NCBI GenBank assembly: GCA_022605425.2
Contig: CM061246.1
Location: 806,001 to 870,000, forward strand
Source: Hamiltosporidium tvaerminnensis FI-OER-3-3
Taxonomy: Eukaryota > Fungi > Microsporidia
DNA: 64,000 nucleotides
Reading direction: 5' to 3'
Shown here: in pieces, positions 12,293 through 23,749 of the stretch
How the letters are laid out: every line of letters starts with the position of its first letter
Numbering within the stretch: position 1 is the first letter of the stretch
Translations under genes and position numbers: made by a program
Notes under the pieces: generated by a model
Seen by the model: only the letters and a program-made list of their open reading frames with translations
Told to the model about the DNA's origin: nothing
Database searches by the model: none

Positions 12293-14677
12293 TATTCAAA
12301 ACCCAAGGTATCTATTTATATTATTAGATCCCTTTTCTGATAAAAATGAACAAATCAATTTTTATAATCATTTTTTAATTTATTTAATTTGTCCATTTTA
12401 TTTTAATAAATATGAATCTAAATATGTATTATTGACTACAAATAAAATAGTGGTTATCTATTTGTTAATGTTTTATTACGAAAAAACATTTGATAGTAAA
12501 TTTTATCAAGAAAACAAATATTTTATTCAAATTTCTTATAAATTTATCCAAAATGTTTAATCTTTATACAATTTATAAATTGCTTAGTTAAATTTTATTA
12601 GAGACATATTAAGATAGCTATAAATATTCGGATATATTTATACAACTAATCTATTTAGGTTCAACATATCATAAAGAAAATCAAACCCAACTTATATTTT
12701 AGATTTTTACAGTTTTATTATGATGACTTGTTCACATCTGAAATATGTATTATCTTCTTAAAATTTATTTTTTATATTTCTAAAAACTTTAAATACTGTT
12801 TTTGTATCCAAAGTCGGAGTTTTTCAATTTATGATTCTGATCACTGATACTCTTCAGAATTTAAGTTTTTCCTCCATAAATAATGAATACTGGTTGTTTA
12901 TTTAAGCATATAAACACATTTTATTTCTTAGATCTTACACCTTAACCTTAACCATAAACATAAAATTATTCGATAATGAAAGGTATAATTATAACCTATT
13001 TATGAAATCCAATCACATTTAAAGCTTAGTATTTGATATTTTTTAATCTTTTTTTGAAGATGCATTCTAAATATTTAAGGACACCAACATTGTTAGATTG
13101 TATAACTGGATAATATTTTATGGATTTGTGGTGGAATAATAAACCCATTAATCTATCTGCTTGGTAATGAGTATGTGAAATTTGTGGGAAGATTATTCTT
13201 TAAATCTTTGATAGAATGAAAGTAAAACTAAATTTTCGGTCGTTTTATAGAAATTTGTATGGGAAAGAGGCAGTCTAGATATGGTGAAACTTTTTCTACA
13301 GACATTTTGGTGGTTCTTGATGCAATTATATTTGAAACCATGGCTGAATCATTAGTTAATTGCCGCTTAAAGTATTAAACTTAACCTTGAACACTTGGGT
13401 TAGAAGACTTAACCCACGAGTGATACAAAAAAACACGAGCTTTAAAAAGCAACTAATTAACAAGTTATGTCTGCTAATATGACATTGCAACGTTTAGATG
13501 GACCCTATTTCAGTCGCCGATATATGTATTGCTATAAATTTATCTGTTTTTTAAGGTTTAGAGTAGTGGGAATACACGAGGTCTTGGTAAAGCTCAGGGG
13601 TTGGTTTCGACCTGCAATCTCACACCCGGAAACCCACATTAACGAACTATGGGCAACCATGTCGTGCTTTAAATGAGTTATGTAGATCCTTTAAACAAAG
13701 ACTTTCTTATGTAACTATCAATGGAGATAAAGATAGAGCGACGAGGACAGTTATCTATTTTAAACTTACAACTACAAAAACATCATGAAAAAATTGTAAT
13801 TTTGATATAAATAATATTGTAAGATAAACCATCTTTTACTTGATTTAATAAAGAATAATATTTGCGTAATTTACAAATAAATTAATTTGACAATAATTGT
13901 CTTAAAATAATAGCAAATTCTCGAAAGCGGGTAAAACTATCAATTTGTTTCATTTATTCAGATTTACAGAGTAATTTTTGCTGATATTTAACTTAAATTA
14001 CATATAATTTATCACCAAAGGCAACAAATATGAATTTACAATACAAAGTTAAATATATTAAATAGTTATAGGAAATTCTAAGCTTAATTCGATAGATATT
14101 AAATATAATAAAATATTGTGTAAATCTACATAAATTTCAGGGCTTGTTTATTTCGTTAACTAAATTAAACTTTACTTTTTCATTTATTGCTTCATATTGA
14201 TTAACAGGAAGAAATTCTTGTTTTATTAATAAAAGAGTTTGAAAATATGTGTTTATTAACACTTAATTTCCTTGATTTTGAACATATACGATTCAAAAAA
14301 TCAAAATTAGCTTTTAAATTCATTAAACTACATATCAAACGAATATTATTGAAATTACATAGAGCTTGTAAATTATTTTCTACGCATATTTTTAAAAGTT
14401 TAATCTGTACATTAAAAATTTTTTAAAGAAATATAACGACACGAGAAAGAAAATAAAATTGAATTGCAGTTACAGATTTTTTAAATGTTTAGAATTCCAT
14501 TAGAAATTGTGCTATAAAATATAATATTCTTTCTATTATTTTTATATGAGCTAATAAAAAAATATTATAGAAATACAAAAATTTTCTCTTTTATGAATAT
14601 TAAATTTACTATTTCTATCATCGTTTTCTTAATTTTATATTTTCATATTTCTATCTATAGAAATGTCTTAAATACCC

Positions 14678-14983
14678 ATGAATCAAGAAACACAATTCGT
14701 TATAATAAAAAATATAAAACCAGAAAAAGTTTACGAATTATTTTCGACATATGGAAAAATATTAATTGCTTATATTGGAATTGAAGAAAATAGTGAATCT
14801 GCACTTGTTGCATATGAAAAAATAAAATTTGCTAAAGAAGCGATAAGAATAATGGATGGGTACTTTTGTGATGGAAAGTATTTGGATGTAAAATATTGGC
14901 AATATTTAGAGGAATATAAAAAACGGCAAGAAGAAAAGAGAAAGAATGATTATATAAAACTGAAACGTAAACTTGGTTTTTGA
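14678..14983 (+). CDS. SF3B6: U2 snRNP SF3b p14 (branch-site RRM protein)
   Basis: Single RRM, YELFSTYGKI..IG.......ALVAYEKIKFAKEAIRIMDGYFCDGKYLDVKYW, plus C-terminal KLKRKLGF. This parallels p14 (YDIFGKYGPI..VG...AYVVYEDIFDAKNA..LSGF....YLVVLYY...LLKEKYGI). CCC motif before the ATG. Confidence 0.75.
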   Translation: MNQETQFVIIKNIKPEKVYELFSTYGKILIAYIGIEENSESALVAYEKIKFAKEAIRIMDGYFCDGKYLDVKYWQYLEEYKKRQEEKRKNDYIKLKRKLGF

Positions 14984-15256
14984 AATCTATTCTGCTTAAA
15001 ATTAAAATCAGATATTTATCTAGTTTCTGAAAAAAATAAAATATCTGAAATTAAATGGTTGAATTTACTCGTAAATAAACAAAATTTTAAATTAAAATCT
15101 ACCATTTTAATCAGCGATTGTATTTGGTTTCACATTTTTATATTTTAATATTCTAAATTTAACTTTCTCTGTCTGTTCCTATTTTTTTCTTAGTGAAACA
15201 TTTTGATATTTCTGAAACAATATTCGGATTAAAAGAGAACAAACAAACAATAAATT

Positions 15257-17227
15257 ATGGCAACAAAAATAAATTCAGAGGTAGGAAAATTTATTTCCTT
15301 TTATAGAGAAAAAAAAGGTGTAGAAACAAAAGATCTTTACGAACACCAAAGAAATATATTATTGAAGAGAAAATTGAAAAATGGTGAACCGGGATATGGA
15401 AATCTTATGATTTTATTATTTCTAGCAATTGCAGAAGGCAAATTAGATTATATGGAATTTATTTCTGCATGTGGTTTAAAAAAGTTGGATATTAAGATAA
15501 TTGGATATTTGGGAGCGAATATGGTGAAAGATAATTTCTATAATTTAATGATGGTTAATACTCTTAGAAAAGATTTGGCATCAGAAAATTATAACGATCT
15601 TTCTCTAACATATATATGCAATCTTATTGAAATTGGTGAACAATTTAAAGAATTAAAAGATTTAATTTGCCTAAAAAGTACAAAAGATATAACTTTTTGT
15701 AAAAAACTAATCGCCATATCAAGATTACAAGATAAACCAATTGTTTCTAAATTAATAATGGGAGACAGTAATATTTTACACGTTAAATTACAAATTTTAA
15801 TCGATTATATATTTTGTTTAAAAGAAAAACTTGATTGTGAGAAATCTGTTGTGTACCCATTTTCTAAAAACTCATACCAAAATCTTAAGAATAGTGAAAA
15901 CTCTATTTTTTTAGATTTGTGTGAAAATGATATTTTATATTTGATAAGTTTATATCCAAGAACAACAAATATAAATCTTAAAATTAAGATTTTACAACTA
16001 TTCAGTTCTTTTATTGATAAATTTAATTTTAACGAACTTTATAAACTGAATGAAAATATTGAAGCATCGATTATTGTCACTGGATTTCTCAAAAAAACAA
16101 ATTTAGAAATTTCTTTGTCTATTGAATCTGCAATATTTCTATTTTCGATTGGATATCAAAGTGTGGTAGCAAATTCTTTTGTTTTCAGGTTAATTGAGTC
16201 TAGAATGAGTTTGTGCACATATTATGGTTTATATTTTGCAAGAAAATTTAGAATTTTCAAAGAAGTTGCTATCGAAAGATGTTTTAGCATTGGTCTTCAT
16301 AAATATGAATGTCTTGAGACAGTTTTGGATCTTATTACAAAATCAAACTATTTAGAAATATATAAAAGGAAGGAAGAAGTATTTCTAATAATGGAATCAA
16401 ATTTAGTTAAAAGTGATATTTGTCACGAAAAATGGTCTAAAATCCTGAAAAAGATCTTAAAAATTACAGATCAAGAATTTGTGTTCAAAATTTTTCTTGA
16501 AAATCCCTATATAAATAATTTATCACCTGTGTATGAAAAATTAAATGAAAAATCCTTACCTTTGCTTTTTGAGAAAATAAAAGAACAAGAATCATTGGAA
16601 TATTTTGATCTGATTTATACACTTTTGCCATATCAACAAAACGAGAGCCATGTTTTAAGTCAAATTTTTGAGAAGCACCTTAATATCTTATCGGATTACC
16701 AAAATAAAAATTTCTCAAAAAGAATATACAAAAATATTACGAAAAATTTGATTAATCAGATGTTGAAATATGGAGATTTGGATTATAATAGAGATATAAT
16801 GCTGAAACATATGAATTCCTATAATAATAAAACTTATAATATAACCACAAACATTCTTAGGGAATACATTTTGATATTTAATGTTTTAGTTGATAAGAAA
16901 GTGTTTTGGTTTAATATTGAAAATATATTCGAATATGAAGTACTGAATACAACCAATTTGACAGAAAATAAAAATAATAAATTTAATACAATCAAAAATG
17001 AGCTCAAAAAAGAATTTGATAGCTCTAATAATGATTTAAAATTGATATATCTCACTGGAAAAGAAATTGATAGGTTGAGTTTTTTTTGCGAAGATATTTC
17101 TGTTATAATGAATTTGATTAAAATCAGCGAAGCTGAAATAATTATACAAGTCGAAAAAAACACGAAAGTATTATTTGCAAAACAAAAAAATAACGACATT
17201 ACAACACGTAAGATTTTATTGAACTGA
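15257..17227 (+). CDS. Divergent adaptor-protein (AP) complex large subunit, adaptin N-terminal HEAT region
   Basis: KIIGYLGA....NLMMVNTLRKDLAS resembles the K(R)IGYL...L.N.(I/L)RKDL.S motif of gamma/alpha/delta/epsilon adaptins; subunit type not assignable. Confidence 0.65.
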   Translation: MATKINSEVGKFISFYREKKGVETKDLYEHQRNILLKRKLKNGEPGYGNLMILLFLAIAEGKLDYMEFISACGLKKLDIKIIGYLGANMVKDNFYNLMMVNTLRKDLASENYNDLSLTYICNLIEIGEQFKELKDLICLKSTKDITFCKKLIAISRLQDKPIVSKLIMGDSNILHVKLQILIDYIFCLKEKLDCEKSVVYPFSKNSYQNLKNSENSIFLDLCENDILYLISLYPRTTNINLKIKILQLFSSFIDKFNFNELYKLNENIEASIIVTGFLKKTNLEISLSIESAIFLFSIGYQSVVANSFVFRLIESRMSLCTYYGLYFARKFRIFKEVAIERCFSIGLHKYECLETVLDLITKSNYLEIYKRKEEVFLIMESNLVKSDICHEKWSKILKKILKITDQEFVFKIFLENPYINNLSPVYEKLNEKSLPLLFEKIKEQESLEYFDLIYTLLPYQQNESHVLSQIFEKHLNILSDYQNKNFSKRIYKNITKNLINQMLKYGDLDYNRDIMLKHMNSYNNKTYNITTNILREYILIFNVLVDKKVFWFNIENIFEYEVLNTTNLTENKNNKFNTIKNELKKEFDSSNNDLKLIYLTGKEIDRLSFFCEDISVIMNLIKISEAEIIIQVEKNTKVLFAKQKNNDITTRKILLN

Positions 17228-17599
17228 ATTTATTTGTTATTAAACTATTTAGTATAGTTTTCACCTGTTTTTAAATAAAATTTTAGTCTTCTATAAATAT
17301 CTTAATAAGTAATCTTTGTTAACTATAATGCCATAATAAATTTTAAGTTAAAAAGCTAAAGATTCTAAATAATACTTACATTACCGGTGTTATTAAAAGA
17401 CTTTAATATGCTAATTGCTATGAAGTTTTACAATATATAGCTTAAAACTAAATATTATGGTATTTAAGGCTCGAAAGAGAAATTTACAAGTAAAAAATTA
17501 ATTAGCTAATTTATATAAATAATAGAAAATACCATTCAAAGTTATTTAATGTTAGAAATAATTGGTTGATAAGTGTGTGTATTCTTTCAAATACGTATA

Positions 17600-17870
17600 A
17601 AAAGTAACATAAAGTCTTATTATTGGAATGGGGTTTTTGTTAGATTAATGATAGAAATATATTTTGGGGTACAGAATGAAAGTGCCAACATTGTAAAAAC
17701 GCACACAAAAATTGGTTGAGATTTGTCAACATTGTTTAAAGATGGTCGTTTATGATCATACTCGTAGCCATAATAGAGTGTTTTTGTATCTAACCATATA
17801 TTTGTTGATAAATATAGTTCAAGCCTTTAGTACGAATTAGGAGACACACTGTTCAGTATTTTCTGGAAAT
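17600..17870 (+). mobile_element. Possible Merlin/ISXO2-like transposase relic
   Basis: Frame-broken echoes of WVF..DR, V.NRSA.TL, DG..Y..H..(V)NH and N.(I)EAF; no intact ORF. Confidence 0.3.
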
Positions 17871-18281
17871 AAATGTCCAGAAATAAGTTATAAGACACTG
17901 GGATCTAAAACGATGGCCGAATACTGAATAATAGGCAGGATATATTTATTTTAGATAATAAATAAAAATATTGCACTTATTCATGTCTAAATTCATTCAC
18001 AAGATTGCTTCAAAATGTAAAACGAATATAATAAGGAGTAAGGCATATTTTATAAGTAAAACTCGTCTTATTTACAAGGTTAATATTGAGATATCACATA
18101 CAGTATTTCAAAAAAAATATTTGGATACTCAAAAAATTCTAAAATTTAATATATTTTTAATAGTAAGTTTTAATCCTTATGTAGTAAATAATGAGTTAGA
18201 ATATTTTATGCCTATATTTTTGTTTGATGTGTTTGTTTAAAATCTCTAGTTATATATTTGAATAAATATCTCTTTAAAATA

Positions 18282-19398
18282 TCAAAAAAAATCCGGAATC
18301 TTTATAATTACAGCATATTTTGCGTCATAGATGTGTTTATTGTTTTTTTTCTGTTTTAAATCACCCTGCTATGAGTTGAATTCAATAAGCCGGAAAGAAT
18401 GATGCTATGGTGTAATAGATCCTAAAATTTTATTTTAAAAAGTGAAGTTTCTGAATTGCTTAAAAAAACTAAACTAAAGTCTATGATACTATACAGAGGT
18501 ATATAAATAATGGGGAATAAAAGTCGTAAAAATGGATATGGAAAACCTATTTTTATAGATATTACCATGAGCAATAAAACTACTGATTTTAGAAGAAAAA
18601 ATCCTAAAATTAGTCCGGCAGTAATCCCTAAAAAATTTGTGCATAATGTAATTGTAATGGTAGTATCAAGACTATAAGAAATCATCTAAATACAGTTGGT
18701 ATTTATGCCCGTTCTTCTGCACAAAACCTTTGTTGTCCCCAAAAAAATATGGTTGTTAGATTTAAACTTTACTTTTTTTAATCCAAATCAGATGACGATC
18801 GAAAACGCACAATTTTAGTGATGAGCGTAAATTCAAGTTGTTTAATTATCTGGTGGGATTTGTTTATAAAAGAAGCAGAGAGAACACCTAAATTTAAAAT
18901 ATATGTTCCAACAGTTAATATATTAGTAGAAAATTATGATTTAGGGATGTATGCCCCAAGTGTTAGCGATCTACTACTGTTGATACTATCATGGTCTGAT
19001 TTTAATACATTAGTATGCTTAAAACAAATTTAGAATAATCGGCTAGAAATTTGGGTTTAGATGAGTGTATTTTTCAACAAGATAATAATCCTAAATAACC
19101 ATTAAAACTTGCTGTAAAACATTAGGAATAAAAATAATTGAAATACTTCTTTGTCAAACCAATCACCAGGTTCAAATACAGAAGACCATCTTTGTGCTTC
19201 TATGAAAAAATAATTGTGTTATTTTACTTTTAAAAATAAGAATGAGTTAAACCAAAAACCTAATCGAAATTCCAAATTAAAATTACTATTGCGTTTGTGC
19301 AAAAACTTGTTTTTTATATTAAAAAACGTGTGTTATGAGTCTTACGTCTATTATATGACATAAATAATATTACCTAAAAGTGTCCGGATTTTTTTTGA
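18282..19398 (+). mobile_element. Degenerate Tc1-like DNA transposon with terminal inverted repeats
   Basis: Left TIR TCAAAAAAAATCCGGAATCTTT (18282-18303). Right TIR 19377-19398, reverse complement TCAAAAAAAATCCGGACACTTT (20/22 match). Internal + strand relics FQQDNNPK (~19070) and QSPGSNTEDHL (~19160) correspond to Tc1 FQQDNDPKH and QSPDLNPIEHLW. Confidence 0.8.
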
Positions 19399-20040
19399 CT
19401 ATACTTTTGTAAATTCAATCTTTACTTTTTATACAAACCATATTGTATGAAATAACCTTAGCTATATGTTTAATATATAGTTTTATTAAACATTAGTTTC
19501 GCAATTTTTTTTTGACAGATTTTATTCATTTTTTCTACTACGATAGTGTTAAGATTACTTTTAGAAAATAAAATTCAATTGTATAGCATCTTCAAAAACC
19601 ATATTATAGAATTAAAAAGGTCTTTACACCCAAAATAATAGAGCATATCTAAAGGGCAAGCCACTCAAAAATACAGTTGCAAATATTTCTCTTGATAGAC
19701 ATTTGAGAACTGAATTCAAGACCAAATTATAATAAGAGTCGAGTAAAGATAACTCCAGTGCGATATAAAGAATTAAGAGATATATTCAACAAAAGAGCAA
19801 GCTTTAAGGTATTAAAGTTGCAAACTTTAAAATATAATTTGGTTTGACATAACTGCAGAAAGGATCCTATTAAACATTTTAAAACCAAGTTGGATATGAT
19901 ATAAGAAGATTGGCGATCAAGAAATAGCACTTTATCAAATAAAACCAAGCTAGAATAACACATGAATACTACTTTAAATAAATTATAAATTTTACTAAAA
20001 AAATCATTTAATTATACTTTTATAGATAAATAATTAAAAA

Positions 20041-23000
20041 CTATTCAAACTTAAATTTTGGATAAATATTCATTGCCATTAGCTCTTGAAAAAGCAGCTT
20101 ACATGCGTATGGAATTTGAATACAAACAGGTTCGCCATCACACATTACACACCCATCTTTATGGACTATAATACCACATTCATGACAAATATAAGCCTGA
20201 AAAGCATCAGAAGAAACCATAAGTCGTTCTATCAATAAAGAAGAAGCCCCGTAACCAATTAAACAATCCCTTTCCATTTCTCCAAGTCTTAATCCACCAT
20301 CTCTACTACGACCTTCTGTTGGTTGCCTTGTAAGTACGGCACGAGGACCTCTTGCGCGTGCATGCATCTTGTCAGTTACCATATGTTTAAGTTTTTGGTA
20401 ATAAACAGGACCATAAAATATATATGCTTCTATCTGTCTACCAGAGTTTCCACATGTAAAACAATCTTTTCCAGAATAACTAAATCCATTTTTTACTAAA
20501 TAATCAGATATTTCATCCACTTTGTTTACACAAGTATTTTCAGAATCCGAATCTTCTTTTGATTCAATTTTTATGTTCTCAAGTTTTTTTTCAGCAGATT
20601 TTACTTTGTTCTCTAAATCATCATTGGATTCAATATTCTTACTTCTAAAGGTTTCTTTCTCGGCACCCAAATTCATATTTTTTTCCAAATGTTCTAAATT
20701 TTTATTCAGATCATGAAATTCTTCGTATTTTTTAAAATTGTTAAAAGCCGAAGAATCTACAAATTCACCACTGAGCGTAGCACATTTTCCACTCAGTAAT
20801 TCTATAATCTTTCCTACCGTCATTCTAGAAGGAAATCCATGTGGATTCATAATAATATCTGGGCACATACCAAATTCATTAAATGGCATATCTTGCTGTT
20901 CAAAAATCATTCCTATGACACCCTTTTGTCCGTGTCTGCTGCTAAACTTATCTCCTATCTCCGGCCTTCTTACTTGTCTAAGAAGTGTTTTTACCATTAA
21001 AAGATCTTCACCTGACTTGGTTACAATAACTTTATCTACGACCGAAGGTTCGGAATTTCTATAAACTAAACCAGTAAATTTATATTCTGGTATATTGCTT
21101 TCATTGGAAACAGGTGAATACTTGTTAACATAAATTTGACCATCATTAATTATTTCCCCTGGTTTTGATAATCCATCCAGATCCAAAATAGAATTTTTGT
21201 ATGAATTGTCTCCTTTGGAAAGTACATCATAGGAACCGTTGGCATATCTTTTTAATGAAGATGAAAAACTTCTATAAACTTCGCATCTACCAAATCCACG
21301 ATCCAATGATGATTTGTTAAGTATAAGTGCATCCTCAATGTCATATCCAGAAAACCCCATAACTGCTACCATCGCATTTTGGCCAGCGGGTAATTTTTCA
21401 AAATTAATTAATTCTATTGTCTTAGTACGCGCCAAAGGCTTCTGTGGATAAGTTAAAAGATATAAAAGAGTATCAAATCTTCTATATTGATTATAACCTA
21501 TAACACCCATCGCCTGTTTGCCCATAGCACACTGATACGTGTTTCTAGGACTTTGATTGTGGTGTGGATTCGGTATCAAACCAGCAACATATCCTAAAAT
21601 TGTATATGCTTGTATCTCCAAATGTGTTGTATCACTACACAAATCGGTGTATATAGTTGCTATTAAAGAATCATTTTCTTCATTGGCATCTAGAAACTCT
21701 ATCTTCCCTTCATTTACAAAAGTATCAAATGTCTTATAACCTTCCTTTAAATAACGACCATCTTCTTGTGTAAATAAGACCCTTCCATTTTCTACAATTA
21801 AAAGGGGTCTGCATATTCTACCGTTATCGGTAGAAATATTTACAGTTTTCTGTGGTTCATTTTTATAAATCGAAACAAAACCATTAACACCACCTTTTCT
21901 TCTTATTTTTTTGAAAGTTTTGATAAATGAATCTGGTGATTGTATAACACCAACAACCATACCGTTGAGAAATACAAGATATGTATTTTTCATATAGAAA
22001 AGTTTAGGAACCAGAATATTTATGTCTTCCATTCCCAGTGTAAAAAGTAATTTCAAAACGTCTTCGTATGGAGAATCAGTGGTTATTTCTGCAAGCAGTG
22101 CAAGATTTTTTACTAAACCACACGATTCACCTTCAGGTGTATCTGATGGACACAAATATCCCCAATATGAAGTGTGAAGCGATCTAGGCCCACTAATTTT
22201 TCTTGTTTTTTCAAATTGCGAACAAATACGAGTCATCATCCCCAATGCTGATATATATGATAATCTCGACAATACTTGAGTTATTCCACTTCTTTCCATC
22301 CTAAATCGTTTCAGAGTCCAATTTCCTGTAGAAATCGCCCGTACAAAAGCTGTTGTAATCAAATTTACCTGTAGACTCATAAAAGTAAGTGCATCAAATT
22401 CTTGAGCCCGAGAAATTTTACTTAAAACTTTATCAATCGATTTTTTTAATTCACTGTTGTACCGTTTGAATAAATCTTCAAACATTAAAGATAAAAGTTG
22501 TCCAGCCAATTCAAATCTTTTATTTCCTATAAAATCTCGATCATCCAAACTCAAAATTCCCAATTGCGCTTGTATAAGCCGTCTAGCCATTATAAGAATA
22601 TAAAGTCCTTTTATTTTATAGTTAAGATCTGTAATAATAACATTTGGAAGAATTATTTCATTTAAAATACATTTTGCTTCTTCTATCTTATCTTGATTAT
22701 ATTTAACTCTGATTCTATTACCAATATATTCTATAGCTTGTATTTCTGTAAATATTCCCAAACGATGGCACATTTCAATGCTCGGAGCAAAATATTCTAA
22801 TACTTCTTCTTCACACCCTACCCCCTCTGCTATCTCTTTATCAGTAGAAAGACCCATGGCTCTAACTACAACCACCAATGGAATTTCCTCTATAAACGAA
22901 TTGTGTTTTACATAAAGAGAATGGTTCTTCGTTACAACGACTGTTTTACTCTTTTTATCATGGGTTGAACTTGTAACTGAGGCACATATATTTCCTTTTG

Positions 23001-23556
23001 CATCCAAATCCACAATAATTCTATTCTTTGAGAGTTGTTCCTGTATGAGAATAACTCTTTCAACCCCCTTTACAATAAAATACCCACCCGTGTCCAAAGG
23101 ACACTCCTGTAGTTTTCTATACAAAGTGTTCTCTGTTTCTTTGCTTAAAATGACATTTGTCTTGGTTTTAATAGAAATATAACATCTTTTACTCCGTAAC
23201 ATAATTGGAATTTTACCTATACACACATCTTTTTTAATCACGATCTGTTTGTTTCTAACGTATTCTACATCAACGTATATATTAGCTGCATATGTCATAT
23301 CTCTTAGTCTACATTCATGTGGGTATATTTCATACGCCACCATATTTTCTTCTATTGTAGGCATACCAACTCGTATATCTGTATATTTTAAATAAAATGT
23401 CTGATCTACATCAGAATCTAATATTTCATTCGCTTTCAATATATTTTTTATATCATATTGTATGAAATAATTGAATGAATCTATGTGCTGGCGAACAAGT
23501 CCTTTTTCTTTTAGAAATGATTCGACCAGTTTAGAAGCCGCAGTATTTTTGTCCAT
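20041..23556 (-). CDS. RPC2: DNA-directed RNA polymerase III second-largest subunit (C128)
   Basis: GLVRQHIDSFNYFI, RMERSGITQVLSRLSYISALGMMTRICSQFEKTRK (Pol III-type), GDKFSSRHGQKG, RQPTEGRSRDGGLRLGEMERDCLIGYG, C-terminal Zn ribbon. Confidence 0.96.
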   Translation of the reverse strand: MDKNTAASKLVESFLKEKGLVRQHIDSFNYFIQYDIKNILKANEILDSDVDQTFYLKYTDIRVGMPTIEENMVAYEIYPHECRLRDMTYAANIYVDVEYVRNKQIVIKKDVCIGKIPIMLRSKRCYISIKTKTNVILSKETENTLYRKLQECPLDTGGYFIVKGVERVILIQEQLSKNRIIVDLDAKGNICASVTSSTHDKKSKTVVVTKNHSLYVKHNSFIEEIPLVVVVRAMGLSTDKEIAEGVGCEEEVLEYFAPSIEMCHRLGIFTEIQAIEYIGNRIRVKYNQDKIEEAKCILNEIILPNVIITDLNYKIKGLYILIMARRLIQAQLGILSLDDRDFIGNKRFELAGQLLSLMFEDLFKRYNSELKKSIDKVLSKISRAQEFDALTFMSLQVNLITTAFVRAISTGNWTLKRFRMERSGITQVLSRLSYISALGMMTRICSQFEKTRKISGPRSLHTSYWGYLCPSDTPEGESCGLVKNLALLAEITTDSPYEDVLKLLFTLGMEDINILVPKLFYMKNTYLVFLNGMVVGVIQSPDSFIKTFKKIRRKGGVNGFVSIYKNEPQKTVNISTDNGRICRPLLIVENGRVLFTQEDGRYLKEGYKTFDTFVNEGKIEFLDANEENDSLIATIYTDLCSDTTHLEIQAYTILGYVAGLIPNPHHNQSPRNTYQCAMGKQAMGVIGYNQYRRFDTLLYLLTYPQKPLARTKTIELINFEKLPAGQNAMVAVMGFSGYDIEDALILNKSSLDRGFGRCEVYRSFSSSLKRYANGSYDVLSKGDNSYKNSILDLDGLSKPGEIINDGQIYVNKYSPVSNESNIPEYKFTGLVYRNSEPSVVDKVIVTKSGEDLLMVKTLLRQVRRPEIGDKFSSRHGQKGVIGMIFEQQDMPFNEFGMCPDIIMNPHGFPSRMTVGKIIELLSGKCATLSGEFVDSSAFNNFKKYEEFHDLNKNLEHLEKNMNLGAEKETFRSKNIESNDDLENKVKSAEKKLENIKIESKEDSDSENTCVNKVDEISDYLVKNGFSYSGKDCFTCGNSGRQIEAYIFYGPVYYQKLKHMVTDKMHARARGPRAVLTRQPTEGRSRDGGLRLGEMERDCLIGYGASSLLIERLMVSSDAFQAYICHECGIIVHKDGCVMCDGEPVCIQIPYACKLLFQELMAMNIYPKFKFE

Positions 23557-23749
23557 ATAAATGGGGTGTAAATGATTTTATAAATAACGTAAGAATACTT
23601 ATAAAACGTTAAAATTTGTTATTTTTAAGATATAATATTTGTATCTAAAATTTACATCAGTATTATAATAGGCATTTATGTAATTAAAGTCCATTTTAAT
23701 AATCCAAACGACTTAAAACCATTTTCAACAAATATAAATAATAATTTTC

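Noticed and set aside
12950-13750. GC-richer intergenic patch including the 69-aa ORF 13467-13676
   Set aside because: Probably a decayed element or pseudogene, but no motif could be identified.
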